Assembly: GCF_035084215.1 (NCBI RefSeq)
Contig: NC_090340.1
Coordinates: 2,914,001-2,978,000, forward strand
DNA: 64,000 nt
Direction: 5' to 3'
Source of the DNA: Heptranchias perlo
Taxonomy: Eukaryota
A model generated the notes under the pieces. The model worked only from the letters and a program-made list of their open reading frames with translations. It was not told where the DNA came from and ran no database searches. Positions 26,270 through 37,925 of this stretch are shown in pieces (positions within the stretch are counted from its first letter, which is position 1; every line of letters starts with the position of its first letter). A program made the translations under genes and the position numbers.

Positions 26270-29204
26270 TTATATGCTATGGCATTTCAAGTGCTCATCC
26301 AAATGCTTCTTGAATGTTGTGAGGGTTCCTGCCTCCACAACCCTTTCAGGCAGTGAGTTCCAGACTCCAACCACCCTCTGGGTGAAAACGTTCTTTCTCA
26401 AATCCCCTCTAAACCTCCCGCCTTTTACCTTGAATCTATGTCCCCTTGTTATAGAACCCTCAACGAAGGGAAAAAGCTCCTTAGTATCCATCCTATCTGT
26501 GCCCCTCATGATTTTGTACACCTCAATCATGTCCCCCCTCAGCCTCCTCTGCTCCAAGGAAAACAAACCCAATCTTCCCAGTGTCTCTTCATAGCTGAAG
26601 CGCTCCAGCCCTGGTAACATCCTGGTGAATCTCCTCTGCACCCTCTCCAAAGCGATCACATCCTTCCTGTAGTGTGGCGACCAGAACTGCACACAGTACT
26701 CCAGCTGTGGCCTAACCAGTGTTTTATACAGCTCCATCATAACCTTCTTGCTCTTATATTCTATGCCTCGGCTAATAAAGGCAAGTATCCCATATGCCTT
26801 CTTTACCACCTTATCTACCTGTTCCGCCGCCTTCAGGGATCTGTGAACTTGCACACCAAGATCCCTCTGACCCTCTGTCTTGCCTAGGGTCCTCCCATTC
26901 ATTGTGTATTCCCTTGCCTTGTTAGTCCCTCCAAAGTGCATCACCTCGCACTTTTCCGGGTTAAATTCCATTTGCCACTGTTCCGCCCATCTGACCAACC
27001 CATCTATATCGTCCTGCAGACTGAGGCTATCCTCCTTGGTATTTACCACCCTACCAATTTTTGTATCATCAGCGAACTTACCGATCATACCTTTTACATT
27101 GATATCCAAGTCATTAATGTAGACCACAAACAGCAAGGGACCCAGCACCGATCCCTGTGGTACCCCACTGGCCACAGGCTTCCAGTCACAAAAACAACCT
27201 TCGACCATCACCCTCTGCCTTCTGCCACTAAGCCAGTTTTGTATCCAAAGTGCCAAGGCACCCTGGATTCCATGGGCTCGTACCTTCTTGACCAGTCTCC
27301 TGTGGGGGACTTTATCGAAGGCCTTACTGAAATCCATGTATACCTCATCCACTGCGTTACCCTCATCCACACGCCGAGTCACCCCCTCAAAAAATTCAAT
27401 CAAATTAGTCAGACATGATCTTCCCTTGACAAAGCCATGTTGACTATCCCTGATTAATCCTTGCTTCTCCAAGTGGAGACTAATTTTGTCCTTCAGAATT
27501 TTTTCCAATAATTTTCCTACCACTGATGTTAGGCTCACTGGCCTGTAGTTTCCCGGTTTTTCCCTACCCCCCTTCTTGAATAATGGTACTACATTAGCGG
27601 TTCTCCAGTCCTCTGGCACATCCCCTGTGGCCAGAGAGGTTCTGAATATATGTGTTAGAGTCCCTGCAATCTCCTCCTTTGCCTCACACAGTAGCCTGGG
27701 ATACATTTCGTCCGGGCCTGGGGATTTATCCATTTTTAGGCCTGCTAAAACCGCCAATACTTCCTCCCGCTCGATGTTAATATGTTCGAGTATATCACAG
27801 TCCCCCTGCCGTATTTCTATGTCTACATCGTCCTTCTCCATCGTGAAAACAGATGCAAAAAATTCATTTCGAACCCCTCCTACATCTGCCGGCTCCACAC
27901 ACAGATTGCCATTTTTGTCCCTAATGGGCCCTATTTTTTCCCTAGTTATCCTCTTACCCTTAATATACTTATAAAACATCTTAGGATTTTCCTTTCTTTT
28001 GCTCGCCAGTGTTATTTCATGGCCCCTCCTTGATCTCCTAATTTCTTTTTTAATATCCCCCTGAACTTCTTGTACTCCTTTAGGGCTTCCTCCGTCTTTA
28101 GCCTTTTGTATCTGCCAAAAGCCCTCCTTTTTTTCCTCATCCATTCTCGTATATCCCCTGACATCCAAGGTTCCCTGGAGTTCTTGGAACCACCCTTGAC
28201 CTTTACGGGAACATGTTGCCATTGTATGGTCTCAATCTCCCTTCTGAAAGACTCTCATTGCTCCCATGCGGATTTTCCTACAAGCCGCTGATCCCAGTCC
28301 ATTTTGGCCAGATCCTGCCTTATCCTATTAAAATCGGCCTTCCCCAATTTAGAACCTTTATTTCCGGCCCCTCCCTATCCTTTTCCATGACCACCTTAAA
28401 TCTCACCGAATTATGGTCACTGTCACCAAAGTGCTCACCTACTAGCACTTCTTCCACTTGGCCGGCCACATTCCCTAGAATTAGGTCCAGTACCGCCCCC
28501 TCTCTTGTAGGACTTTCTACATGCTGGCTCAAAAAGCTCTCCTGGATGCACGTTAAGAATGTTGTACCCTCTAAGCCTTTTACACTCTGAGTATCCCAGT
28601 TAATATTGGGGAAGTTGAAATCCCCCACTATTATTACCCTATTATTTGCACAATTTTCTGAGATTTGCCTATATATCTGTTCCTCTATCTCCCCCTGACT
28701 GTTTGGGGGCCTATAGTACACTCCCATCAAAGTGCTTGCCCCCTTTTTGTTTTTAAGCTCCACCCATATGGCCTCATTTGAGGAACCTGCTAATATATCA
28801 TCCCTCCTTATGGCAGTAATTGATTCTTTAATTAATATTGCGACCCCCCCTCCTCTTATACCTCCCCCTCTGTCTCGCCTGAAGATTCTGTACCCCGGAA
28901 TATTGAGCTGCCAGTCTTGCCCCTCCCTCAACCATGTCTCTGTGACAGCAACAATATCATACTCCCATGTGTTTATCAACACCTTCAGTTCATCCACCTT
29001 ATTCGCAAGACTCCTTGCATTAAAATAGATGCCATCCAGCCTTGCCCTCACATATTTGCCCTGTCTTCCAAGCTGACTTGTTTTTTTCTCTATATTTGGC
29101 TGCACATCACCCCCTATTGTAGCTCCACTCTGTATCCCATCCCCCTGCCAAGTTAGTTTAAACCCCCCCCCCCCCCCCAACAGTGCTAGCAAACCTCCCC
29201 GCAA
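26270..29204 (-). pseudogene. CR1 ORF2: apurinic-type endonuclease plus reverse transcriptase, frameshifted near 28200-28340
   Basis: EN motifs YFNARSL, VAVTETW, GVYYRPP, VGDFN and GDSDH. RT motifs [26 protein letters not shown] and FADD, within 294-aa and 650-aa ORFs. Confidence 0.93.
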
Positions 29205-30110
29205 GGATATTTGTCCCGCTCTGGTTCAGGTGCAACCCGTCCGACTTGTACAAGTCCCACCTTCCCCAGAAGCAGTCCCAGTGATCCAGGAAACTGAAAC
29301 CCTCCCTCCTGCACCAACTCTTTGGCCACGCATTCATCTGTTCTATCCTCCTATTTCTATACTCACTAGCCCGTGGCACTGGGAGTAATCCAGAGATTAC
29401 AACCTTTGAGGTCCTGCTCTTTAATCTGCCACGTAGCTCACTAAATTCTTGATGCAGGACCTCATCTCCCTTCCTACCTATGTCGTTGGTCCCAATGTGG
29501 ACCACGACCTCTGCCTGCTCACCCTCCCCCTTGAGAATGCCCTGTAGCCGCTCAGTGACATCCATGACCCTGGCACCAGGGAGGCAACAAACCATCCTGG
29601 AGTCACGTTTACGGCCACAGAAACGCCTGTCTGTTCCCCTTACGATAGAATCCCCTACCACTATAGCTCTTCCACTCTTTTTCCTCTCAGCCTGTGCAGC
29701 AGAGCTACCCCTGGTGCCAGGAAGTTGGCTGCTGCTGCTTTCCCCTGATAAGTCATCCCCCTCAACAATATCCAAAGCGGTATATTTGTTTGAGAGGGGG
29801 ACGGCCACAGGGGACTCCTGCACTGCCTGCCTGCTCCTCTTACTCTGCCTGGTGGTCACCCAATTAATTCTGCCTGTACAACCTTTTCCTGCGGTGTGAC
29901 CATCTCACTAAACGTGCTATCCACGACGTTCTCAGCATCGCGAATGCTCCTTAATGAATCCATCCGCAGCTCCAGTGCCGCAATGCGGTTTGTCAGTAGC
30001 TGCAGCTGGATACATTTCCCGCACACATGGTCGTCAGGGACACCGGAAGGGTCCCTGATTTCCCACATAGAGCAGGAAGAGCATAACACGGGGCTGGGCT
30101 GTCCTGACAT
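29158..30110 (-). pseudogene. CR1 ORF1: zinc-finger/leucine-zipper N-terminus plus SGNH esterase domain, one frameshift at about 29857
   Basis: CSSC...CGKC followed by heptad LQLLTNRIAALELRM. Esterase motifs VGDSIV, HIGTND and DGLHL. Confidence 0.9.
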
Positions 30111-30514
30111 GACTTACCCTTTAACGAATTAATTCAAATTAAATGAATCCCACCAATTTCACTTCAATTAAAAGGTATACTCAAGGGCCCTTGCTGAACA
30201 GCAGTCCCCCACTACACAACAGAGACCCGAGAATCCACCAACTCTAACCTTACACAAATTCAGCAGGAAAATGCTCACCAGCCAATCACTTACCTCTTCC
30301 TTGGTGACGTCCCACTTGGATTACTTTTTGCTTCTTATTTATCTTAGGTCCAGGAGTTAAGTCCCTGTGATGTCGCACAGTAGTTGTCTCTTGATGCAGG
30401 TCTGCTGCTGCTTTTATTCCACAATCTCAGTCTTCTACTCTCAGGTCCACTACCGCTCTGCAGGAAAAGTTTGGAAAAGCAAGGCAAAGCAGCACCTCCT
30501 TCCCCCACTTCACC

Positions 30515-30831
30515 AAACTCCCACACTTACCGAACTCTCAGCACACTGTGTAATATCCGCACACCGTGCAGTCCGCACTGACAGGCCCCTGTATTTCTAC
30601 AGTTGAGACTCAGATGAGTCAGGCCTGCCCCACCTTCAAGTACCAGTTGAATCGAGCTAACCAATTAACATGCTGCAGCAGCTCTCTGCTGAAGCCTGAC
30701 AGAAACTTAGAAATTTAAACTTTTAAATTGACCTTAAACAGTTGAAGCAATATGCACTAGATTTAAAGAGATTAACCCTTAAACTCCCACACTTACCGAA
30801 CTCTCAGCACACTGTGTAATATCCGCACACC
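30515..30831. repeat. 51-bp perfect direct repeat in CR1 5'UTR (30515-30565 = 30781-30831)
   Basis: AAACTCCCACACTTACCGAACTCTCAGCACACTGTGTAATATCCGCACACC occurs twice, 266 bp apart. Confidence 0.92.
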
Positions 30832-30979
30832 TTTGTAATGTTATGTTTTCATCTGCACTGCTTACAATGCCACCAACCTTTGTGCGATAGGCAAACTTAG
30901 TCTCATATCTAAATTTGCCTATCACACAAAGGTTGGTGGCATTGTAAGCAGTGCAGATGAAAACATAACATTACAAAGG
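30830..30979. repeat. 71-bp inverted repeat with 8-nt spacer at the CR1 5' junction
   Basis: 30830-30900 is the reverse complement of 30909-30979 with 2 mismatches. Confidence 0.93.
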
Positions 30980-33900
30980 GATATTGATAGATTAGGTGAA
31001 TGGGCAAAACTGTGGCAAATGGAATTCAATGTAAACAAATGTGAGGTCATCCACTTTGGATCAAAAAAGGATAGAACAGGGGACTTTCTAAATGGTAAAA
31101 AAGTTAAAAAAACGGTGGATGTCCAAAAGGACTTAGGGGTTCAGGTATATAGATCATTGAATTTTCATGAACAGGTGCATAAATTAATCAATAAGGTTAA
31201 TGGAATGCTCGCCTTTATATCTAGAGGACTAGATTACAAGGGGGGGGGGGGGGAGGACAGAAGTTTTGCTGCAGCTCTGCAAAACCCTGGTTAGATCGCG
31301 CCTGGAGTACTGTGAGCAGTTCTGGGCACCGCACCTTCGGAAGGACATATTAGCCTTGGAAGTCATGCAGCGTTGTTTACCAGAATGATACCCGGACTTC
31401 AATGGTTAAGTTGCAAGGAGAGATTACACAAATCGGGGTTATATTCTCTCTAGTTCAGAAGGTTAAGGGGTGACCTGATCGAAATGTATAAGATATTATG
31501 GGGAATAGATAGGGTGGATAGCCAGAAACTATTTCTGCTGGTTTGGTTTTATAGAACTAGGGGGCACAGTCTAAAGATTAGAGCCCGACCTTTCAGGAGC
31601 GAGATTAGAAAACACTTCTCACACAAAGGGTGGTAGATATTTGGAACTCTCCATTCCGCAAACGTCAATTGATGCTAGCTCAATTGTTAATTTAAAATCT
31701 GAGATAGATAGCTTTTTGCCAACCAAAGGTATTAATGGATATGGACCAAAGGCAGGTATATGGATTTAGATCACAGATCAGCCTTGATCTTATCAAATGG
31801 CGGAGCGGGCTTGAGGGGCTGAATGGCCTACACCTGTTCCTATGTTCCTATGTTTTAGTTGCATCTAAATTTTAAAAGAGCATGAGTACATGCCTTGGCC
31901 TGTAGTTACAACCAGGTTAGGTCGTTTCAAGATGCGACATTGCCTCACATAAACACTCAGGTTCTGCAAAACAATGAACCACTATGGGAAAAACATTCAG
32001 AGGAGTCTTCCCACTTAGGAGCAGGATGATTGACGCATTCTGGACTTTCATTTAACCCCAGCAACTGGGGCACGTACAGTTTTTTTTTCGCTGATGAGGA
32101 TTTGCTCACGTCGTGCACGCCGCATTATTAACAGGTGAATTAAAGGTGGAGCGGCCCTGAGTAACATGCTTATTACAGTGAATTATCCGCCATGTAACCC
32201 ATAGAACATATGTTCTAATAATATCAATTGACTATTTCCGTAAGAAAGTTTAAAAAATCAACGGCCAGTTTACGTACTGAATATGTCCTTCTGCTTTAAC
32301 ACTGAGATTTTAGTGAAGTGTCAAGCACTGTGATCATTAAAAAAGGATAAAATGGACCAATAGAATTTTCACTTAAGTCTCAGTTAATTCTCTCAGACGC
32401 GTGTTTATGAAGTGTTAAGTGTAACCAACCTGGTTTAATGTTAGTTGGCTACGGATTACTCGTTGCCTCATAAATGCTTATGGGTTATTAAATATTACAT
32501 TTGCTTTTATATTTGGAGTTCGTACAAAATGTGAACTTGATGATTAAGATGTTACATTATATTAAAGTTCGGAGACGTTTTCATTACTCATTTTGCATTG
32601 GCCCTGATCAGAGCTTAGGTCGGAAGTATCCCAGAACTTAGTGCATTGTGGGAGAATTTCCGCGGGATTCTCCCGGTATCCCACTGTAGCTTCGGCGTAA
32701 GATAGGCGGAAACACAAGAATGTGTAAACGGCTGTTGCGCATGGTAAATTAAAATTACCCAATAACAGTTTATGTTTAGGCTCATGTTCCAGATTTATCC
32801 GAAACACAAAGTGGTATTTACATTAATAGTCACTACTTGATTCTCTTGCGTCCCTGCAACAAAGCCTTTACGTTTGAGCAGAAGCCATAATGCTTCTTTC
32901 TTCATGGTGGGATTTTCTTTCTCCCGCCGAAGTTATGGCGGGAGACCGACAGAACCCCGAACAATGCCAGCGCGGTGTTTTTTAAGTTAAGCAGCAATAG
33001 TGAGAGAAATTTGTTCATTGCGCCTCAGGCGTAGTTTCTCTTACTTGCAGGCTGAAGGTAACAGAACTGAAATCACGGTCATTTTTACCTGGAAGACTCC
33101 CTTCGAGACCAAAGATGGCCACATTCCGTGGTACTTGAAATTGAACCAAGCGGAAAAAACAAAGTAAATCATAATTTCAATTTCAATTACGTCACTGGTG
33201 CAATGTCATCTTCTCGACAAAAGCAGGAATTGTACTTTTTAAATGTTTCAAGTAAACCAAATAACAAAGGACAATTTAATAAAATAATGGGTATATTTCA
33301 TCTCTTTAAAAATAAAGATTGCTGAGATAAACTATTGATATAAACCAATTTTGGTTTCGAGAAATATGTTTCCTTAACATAGCATTGAAGAACAATATTC
33401 GTTGGCGTTCTGTCGTGTAACAATTACAGTGCAAATTTTAGTGAGTGCAGCTAGGAATTGGGGAAAATGAGATAGTAGAACTAACTTCTTAATGAGGCAT
33501 ATTTGTTGCTTTTGCATTGAGCCACGTTGCGCGTCTATTATGTTGCAATCTTGTGGGCGCAATACAGAGATCTGCGGCTGAAATAAACCGTCCACTTGAT
33601 TCTTATCATGAGAAAACAGTGCACTTCTCACATCTATTGGGAATCCTGGCACTTTGAACCGCCTTCTCCGGTTGCAAGCAAATACATTCCGGTAGTGTCA
33701 CAGGGCCTGATTCTGTCACAAAACAAGTTACCAGGCCACAAAATAATAAAACATAGCTCCTTTAGAATTTCTTCTAATTCTTAGGATTAGAAACCTCTCA
33801 TGAACGTGCATCCAGCCTGCAAGCTCCAAGGTAAAGCACTTCCGCTAGTAGCAACTGAAGCTGGCAACGTGAATGCATTTTTAACCCGGTGTAAATTCCT

Positions 33901-34716
33901 TATGGCCCTAAAATTTCTCGGGTCCTTATCACGATCGCTGGCTGTATCTCCAGCTGGAGTAGGGATACACCCCCAGAGAAATGGCCGATCAACCTTCAGC
34001 CGTTAAAGCTGTTTATTTTCTGGACTTCGCTGATTTCCCTCGGAAGTTAGAGCAAGTGATTTGAGAATCCTTACGGAATGTCCACTCCATTTCGTGAAAT
34101 AGGAGTTCAAGTCATGTCGAAGAAAATTGTTTTAGATGTTTTGGAGCAAAATAGAGTGTACAGACTCATTACAGACTATATACATTGATACACATATATT
34201 TAAATAGCCCCTACTCAGAATTCCCTTGCACATTTTCTGGTTTATTGAAATTGAACTGCATGTTGTTGTAGTGAGACTACAGACAGCGCAGAAAATACAC
34301 TGCTATGCAGAGGAGGTTTTAGAAAAGTATTTGAAGAAAGCCCCCACCTTGTCCCTACTTTCTTCCACCTTCCCTCCCCAATTCCGGCCGCTCACACAAC
34401 ATCCCACCAAATTTTCCATTCGTGTATAACGGGCGGTGGATTCGATACCGCCAGTTTTATGCCCCCGCTGAAAATGAAAGTTCCGCCCATTCTGAGAGTA
34501 GTTTGGAATTATCATTCCAGTAAAAATTGCAGGTGTAGATTATGCACGGGCGTCCCGGAGTGCGTCTCGCCTTTGAGTGTTGGTACTTCAGGACAAATAA
34601 CAGAGGCAGCATCCCAGATAAGTCAGTAACACATGTCAATCAATAAGGCTCATTTCAGTCTATTAATGCTTGCTTTTACGAGTGGCCTCATCACGTCAAA
34701 CATCCCCTCCTGGGAA

Positions 34717-37700
34717 GGGTAGCAAAGTGGTTATGTTTCTGGACTAATAATCCAAAGGCCTGGGCCAATAATCGGGAGATTTATGAGTTCAAATCCCGCT
34801 ACGGCAGCTGGGGAATTTAAATTCAGTTAATTAAATAAAATCGGGAATAAAAAAAAACTAGTTTCAGTAATGATGACAATGGAACTGCCGGATTGTCGTA
34901 AAAACCCATCGGGTTCACTAATGTCCTTGAGGGAAGGATATCTAGCGTCCTTACCCTGTCTATATGTGTCTGCAGACCTACAAAAATATGATTGGTTCTT
35001 AACTGCCCCCTGAAATGCCCTAGCAAGCCATTCAGTTATGCAATCCCGCTACCAAAGGACTTAATAAGAATAAAATCAGATGGACCACGAGGCACCGGAC
35101 AAGACAAACGCAAATCCAAGCTCAGTCAACCATGCAAAGTCCTCCTCGCCAACACCTGGGGGATTGTGCCAAAATCGGGAGAGCTGTGCCACAGACAAGT
35201 CAAGCAACAGCTTGACATAGCCATACACACAGAATCATACCTTTCTGACAACGTCCCAAATTCCTCCTTCACCATTCCTGGGTATGTGCTGTCCCACCGA
35301 CAAGACAGACCCACCAAAGATGGAGGCACAGTAGTATACACTCAGAAGGGAGTTGCCCTGCGAGGCCTCCACATTGACTCTGGACCTCAAGAGTTCTCAT
35401 GGCATCAGGTCAAACATGGACAAGGAAACCTCCTGCTCACCACCGCTGACCACACTCTGTCAGCGGATGAATCAGTAGTCCACCATGTTGAGAAGCACTG
35501 AGGGTAGCAAAGACACAGAATGTACTCTGGGTGGGGGACTTCAATGTCCATTACCAAGAAAGGCTCGGAATCACCACTGATGGCTGAGTCCTGAAGGACA
35601 TAGTTGCCAGACTGGGACTGCAGCAGGTGGTGAGGGAACCAATACGACGGTAAAACATTCTTGACCTCACCAGACAACCTGTTGGAGAAGCTTCTGTCCA
35701 TGACAGTATTGGTAGGAGTGAACACCGCACCGAACTTGTGGAGATGAAGTGCCGTCTTCAAACTGGGGACACCGTCCATAGTGTTGTGTGGCACTACCGC
35801 CGTGCTAAATGGGACAGATTCACAACAGATCTCGCAGCTCAAAACTGGGCATCCATGAGGTGCGGTTGGCCATCAGCTGCCGAGTTGTATTCCGCCACAA
35901 TCTATAACCTCATCACGTTAGCATATCCCTCATTCTACCTTAACCATCCAGCCAGGGGATCAACTCTGGTTCAAGTTCAATGAGGAGTGTACAAGAGCTT
36001 GCCAGGAGCAACACCAGGCGTACCTAAAAATGAAGTGCCTGCTACAGCACAGGGCGATGCATACTAAAGACTGGAAGCAAGATGCTATAGACAGAGCTAA
36101 GTGATCCCACAAAAAAAGGATCAGATCAAAGCTCTGCAGTCCTGCCATATCGTGAATGGTGCTGGAAAATTAAGCAACTAACTGGAGGATAAGGCTCACT
36201 GATGACTGAGCCCAGCACGTGGGTGCAAAATACAAGGCTGAAGCGTTTGCAACCATCTTTAGCCAGAAGTGCAGAGTGGATGATCCATCTTGGTCTCCTC
36301 CCGAGATCCCTACCATCACAGAAGCCAGTCTTCAGCCAATTCGATTCACTCTACATGATATCAAGAAACGGCTGAATGCACTGGCTACAACAAAGTCTGT
36401 GGGCCCCGACAATATCCCGGCTGTAGTGCTGAAATCTTGTGCTCCAGAACTAGTCACGCATCTAGCCAAGCTTTTCCAGTACAGCTACAACACTGGCACC
36501 GACCCAACAATGTGTAAAATTGCCCAGGTATGTCCTGCCCACAAAAAGCAGGACAATTCCAATCCAGCCAATTACCGCCCAATCAGTCTACTCTCAATCA
36601 TCAGCAAAGTGATGGAGGGTGTCGTCGACAGTGCTATGAAGTGGCACTTACTCACCAATAACATACTTACCGATGCTCAGTTTGGGTTCCGCCAGGACTA
36701 CTCGGCTCCAGACCTCATTACAGCTTTGGTCCAAACATGGACAAAAGAGCTAAATTCCACAAGTGAGCTGAGAGTGACTGTTCTTGACTTCAAGGCAGCA
36801 TTTGACCGAGTCTGGCATCAAGGATTCCGAGTAAAATTGAAGTCAATGGGAATCAGAGGGAAATCTCTCCAGTGGCAGGAGTCAAATTAGCACAAAGGAA
36901 GATGGTAGTGGTTTTTGGAGGCCAATCATCTCAGTTCTAGGACTTTGCCGCAGGAGCTCCTCAGGGAAGTGTCCTAGGCCCAATCATCTTCAGCTGCTTC
37001 ATCAATGACCTTCCCTCAATCATAAGGTCAGAAGTGGGGATGTTTGCTGATGATTGTACAGTTATGTTCCATTCGCAACCCCTCAGATAATGATGCAGTC
37101 CGTGCCAGCATGCAGCAAGACCAGGACAACATCCAGGCTTTGGCTGATTAATGGCAAGTAACATTTGCGCCAGTGGAGCCAAGTTCCAAGCAATGACCAT
37201 CTCCAACAAGAGGGAGGCTAGCCAACTCTCCTTGACATTCAACAACATTACCATCGCCAAATCCCCCACCATCAATATCCTGGGTTCCACCACTGACCCG
37301 AAACTTAACTGGACCAGCCACATAAATATTGTGTCTACAAATACAAATATTGTGTCTCCTGACTCCCCAAAGACTTTGCACAATCTACAAGACACAAGCC
37401 AAAAGTGTGATGGAATACTCTCCGCTTGCCTGGATGAATGCAGCTCCAACAACACTCAAGAAGCTCGACACCATCCAGGACAAAACAGCACACTTGATTA
37501 GCACCCCATACACCACCTTAAACATTCACTCCCTTCACCACCGGCGAACCGTGGGTGATGTGTGTACCATCTACAAAATGCACTGCAGCAACTCGCCAAG
37601 GCTTCTTCGACAACACCTCCAAAACCCACTACCTCAATCAGCTAGAGGGACAAGGGCAGCAGGCGCATGGGAACGCCACCACCTACACGTTCCTATCCAA

Positions 37701-37925
37701 GTCACACACCACCCCGACTTGGAAATATGACGCCATTTATTCATCGTCGCTGGGTCAAAATCCTGGAATTCCCTATCTAACAGCTCTGTGGGAGAACCTT
37801 CATCACACGGACTGCAGCAGTTCTAGTAGGAGGCACACCACCACCTTCTCAAGGGCAATTAGGGATGGGGAATAAAAGCTGGCCTTGCTAGCGACTACCA
37901 CGTCCCATGAATGAATAATAAAAAA
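34717..37925 (+). mobile_element. Apparently full-length (about 3.2 kb) degraded CR1-group LINE with a tRNA-derived 5' head and a single EN-RT ORF
   Basis: EN remnant (KVLLANTWG, IAIHTESYL, RQDRPTKDGG) and RT remnant (NYRPISLLS, QFGFR, DFKAAFDRVWH). Ends CCCATGAATGAATAATAAAAAA. Confidence 0.85.
34720..34795 (+). promoter_or_regulatory. Pol III type-2 internal promoter (A-box and B-box) in the tRNA-like head
   Basis: A-box TAGCAAAGTGG (34720-34730) fits TRGCNNARYGG. B-box GTTCAAATC (34787-34795) fits GWTCRANNC. An anticodon-like arm CTGGA-CTAATAA-TCCAA lies between them. Confidence 0.7.

Larger units (their letters stand above)
26146..30831 (-). mobile_element. Full-length, young CR1 LINE (5'UTR, ORF1, ORF2, ACTCTATG tail)
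   Basis: Long open frames with few lesions. Tail (AGTCATAG)n at 26145-26171 on the plus strand. Confidence 0.96.
23490..31855 (+). mobile_element. Degraded near full-length CR1 LINE (23490-26148 plus 30899-31855), host of the inverted young CR1
   Basis: ORF1 esterase remnant (RNWDRFWGRWDLYKPDGLHL) and RT ORFs at 25276-26102. The sequence resumes at 30899 (AGTCTCATATCTAAATTTGC) and ends in a TTCCTATG tail at about 31837-31855. Confidence 0.9.

Noticed and set aside
26274-30132. Numerous plus-strand ORFs of 70-160 aa (and similar ones throughout the window)
   Set aside because: They are antisense or off-frame shadows of CR1 and Penelope coding sequence.
30515-30831. Direct repeats as a CRISPR array or LTR
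   Set aside because: Only two copies, located within a LINE 5'UTR in eukaryotic DNA.
33035-33063. Plus-strand 7-nt micro-exon-like pattern (TTGCAG|GCTGAAG|GTAACA)
   Set aside because: Isolated, with no plus-strand gene context; compatible with chance.
32630-34500. Several short GC-richer, weakly palindromic patches (also near 18040-18170 and 38010-38160) as MITEs
   Set aside because: Too degenerate to define TIRs or TSDs by eye.
34717-34800. Functional tRNA gene
   Set aside because: No clean acceptor stem, and it runs directly into LINE sequence, so it was treated as a tRNA-derived element head.
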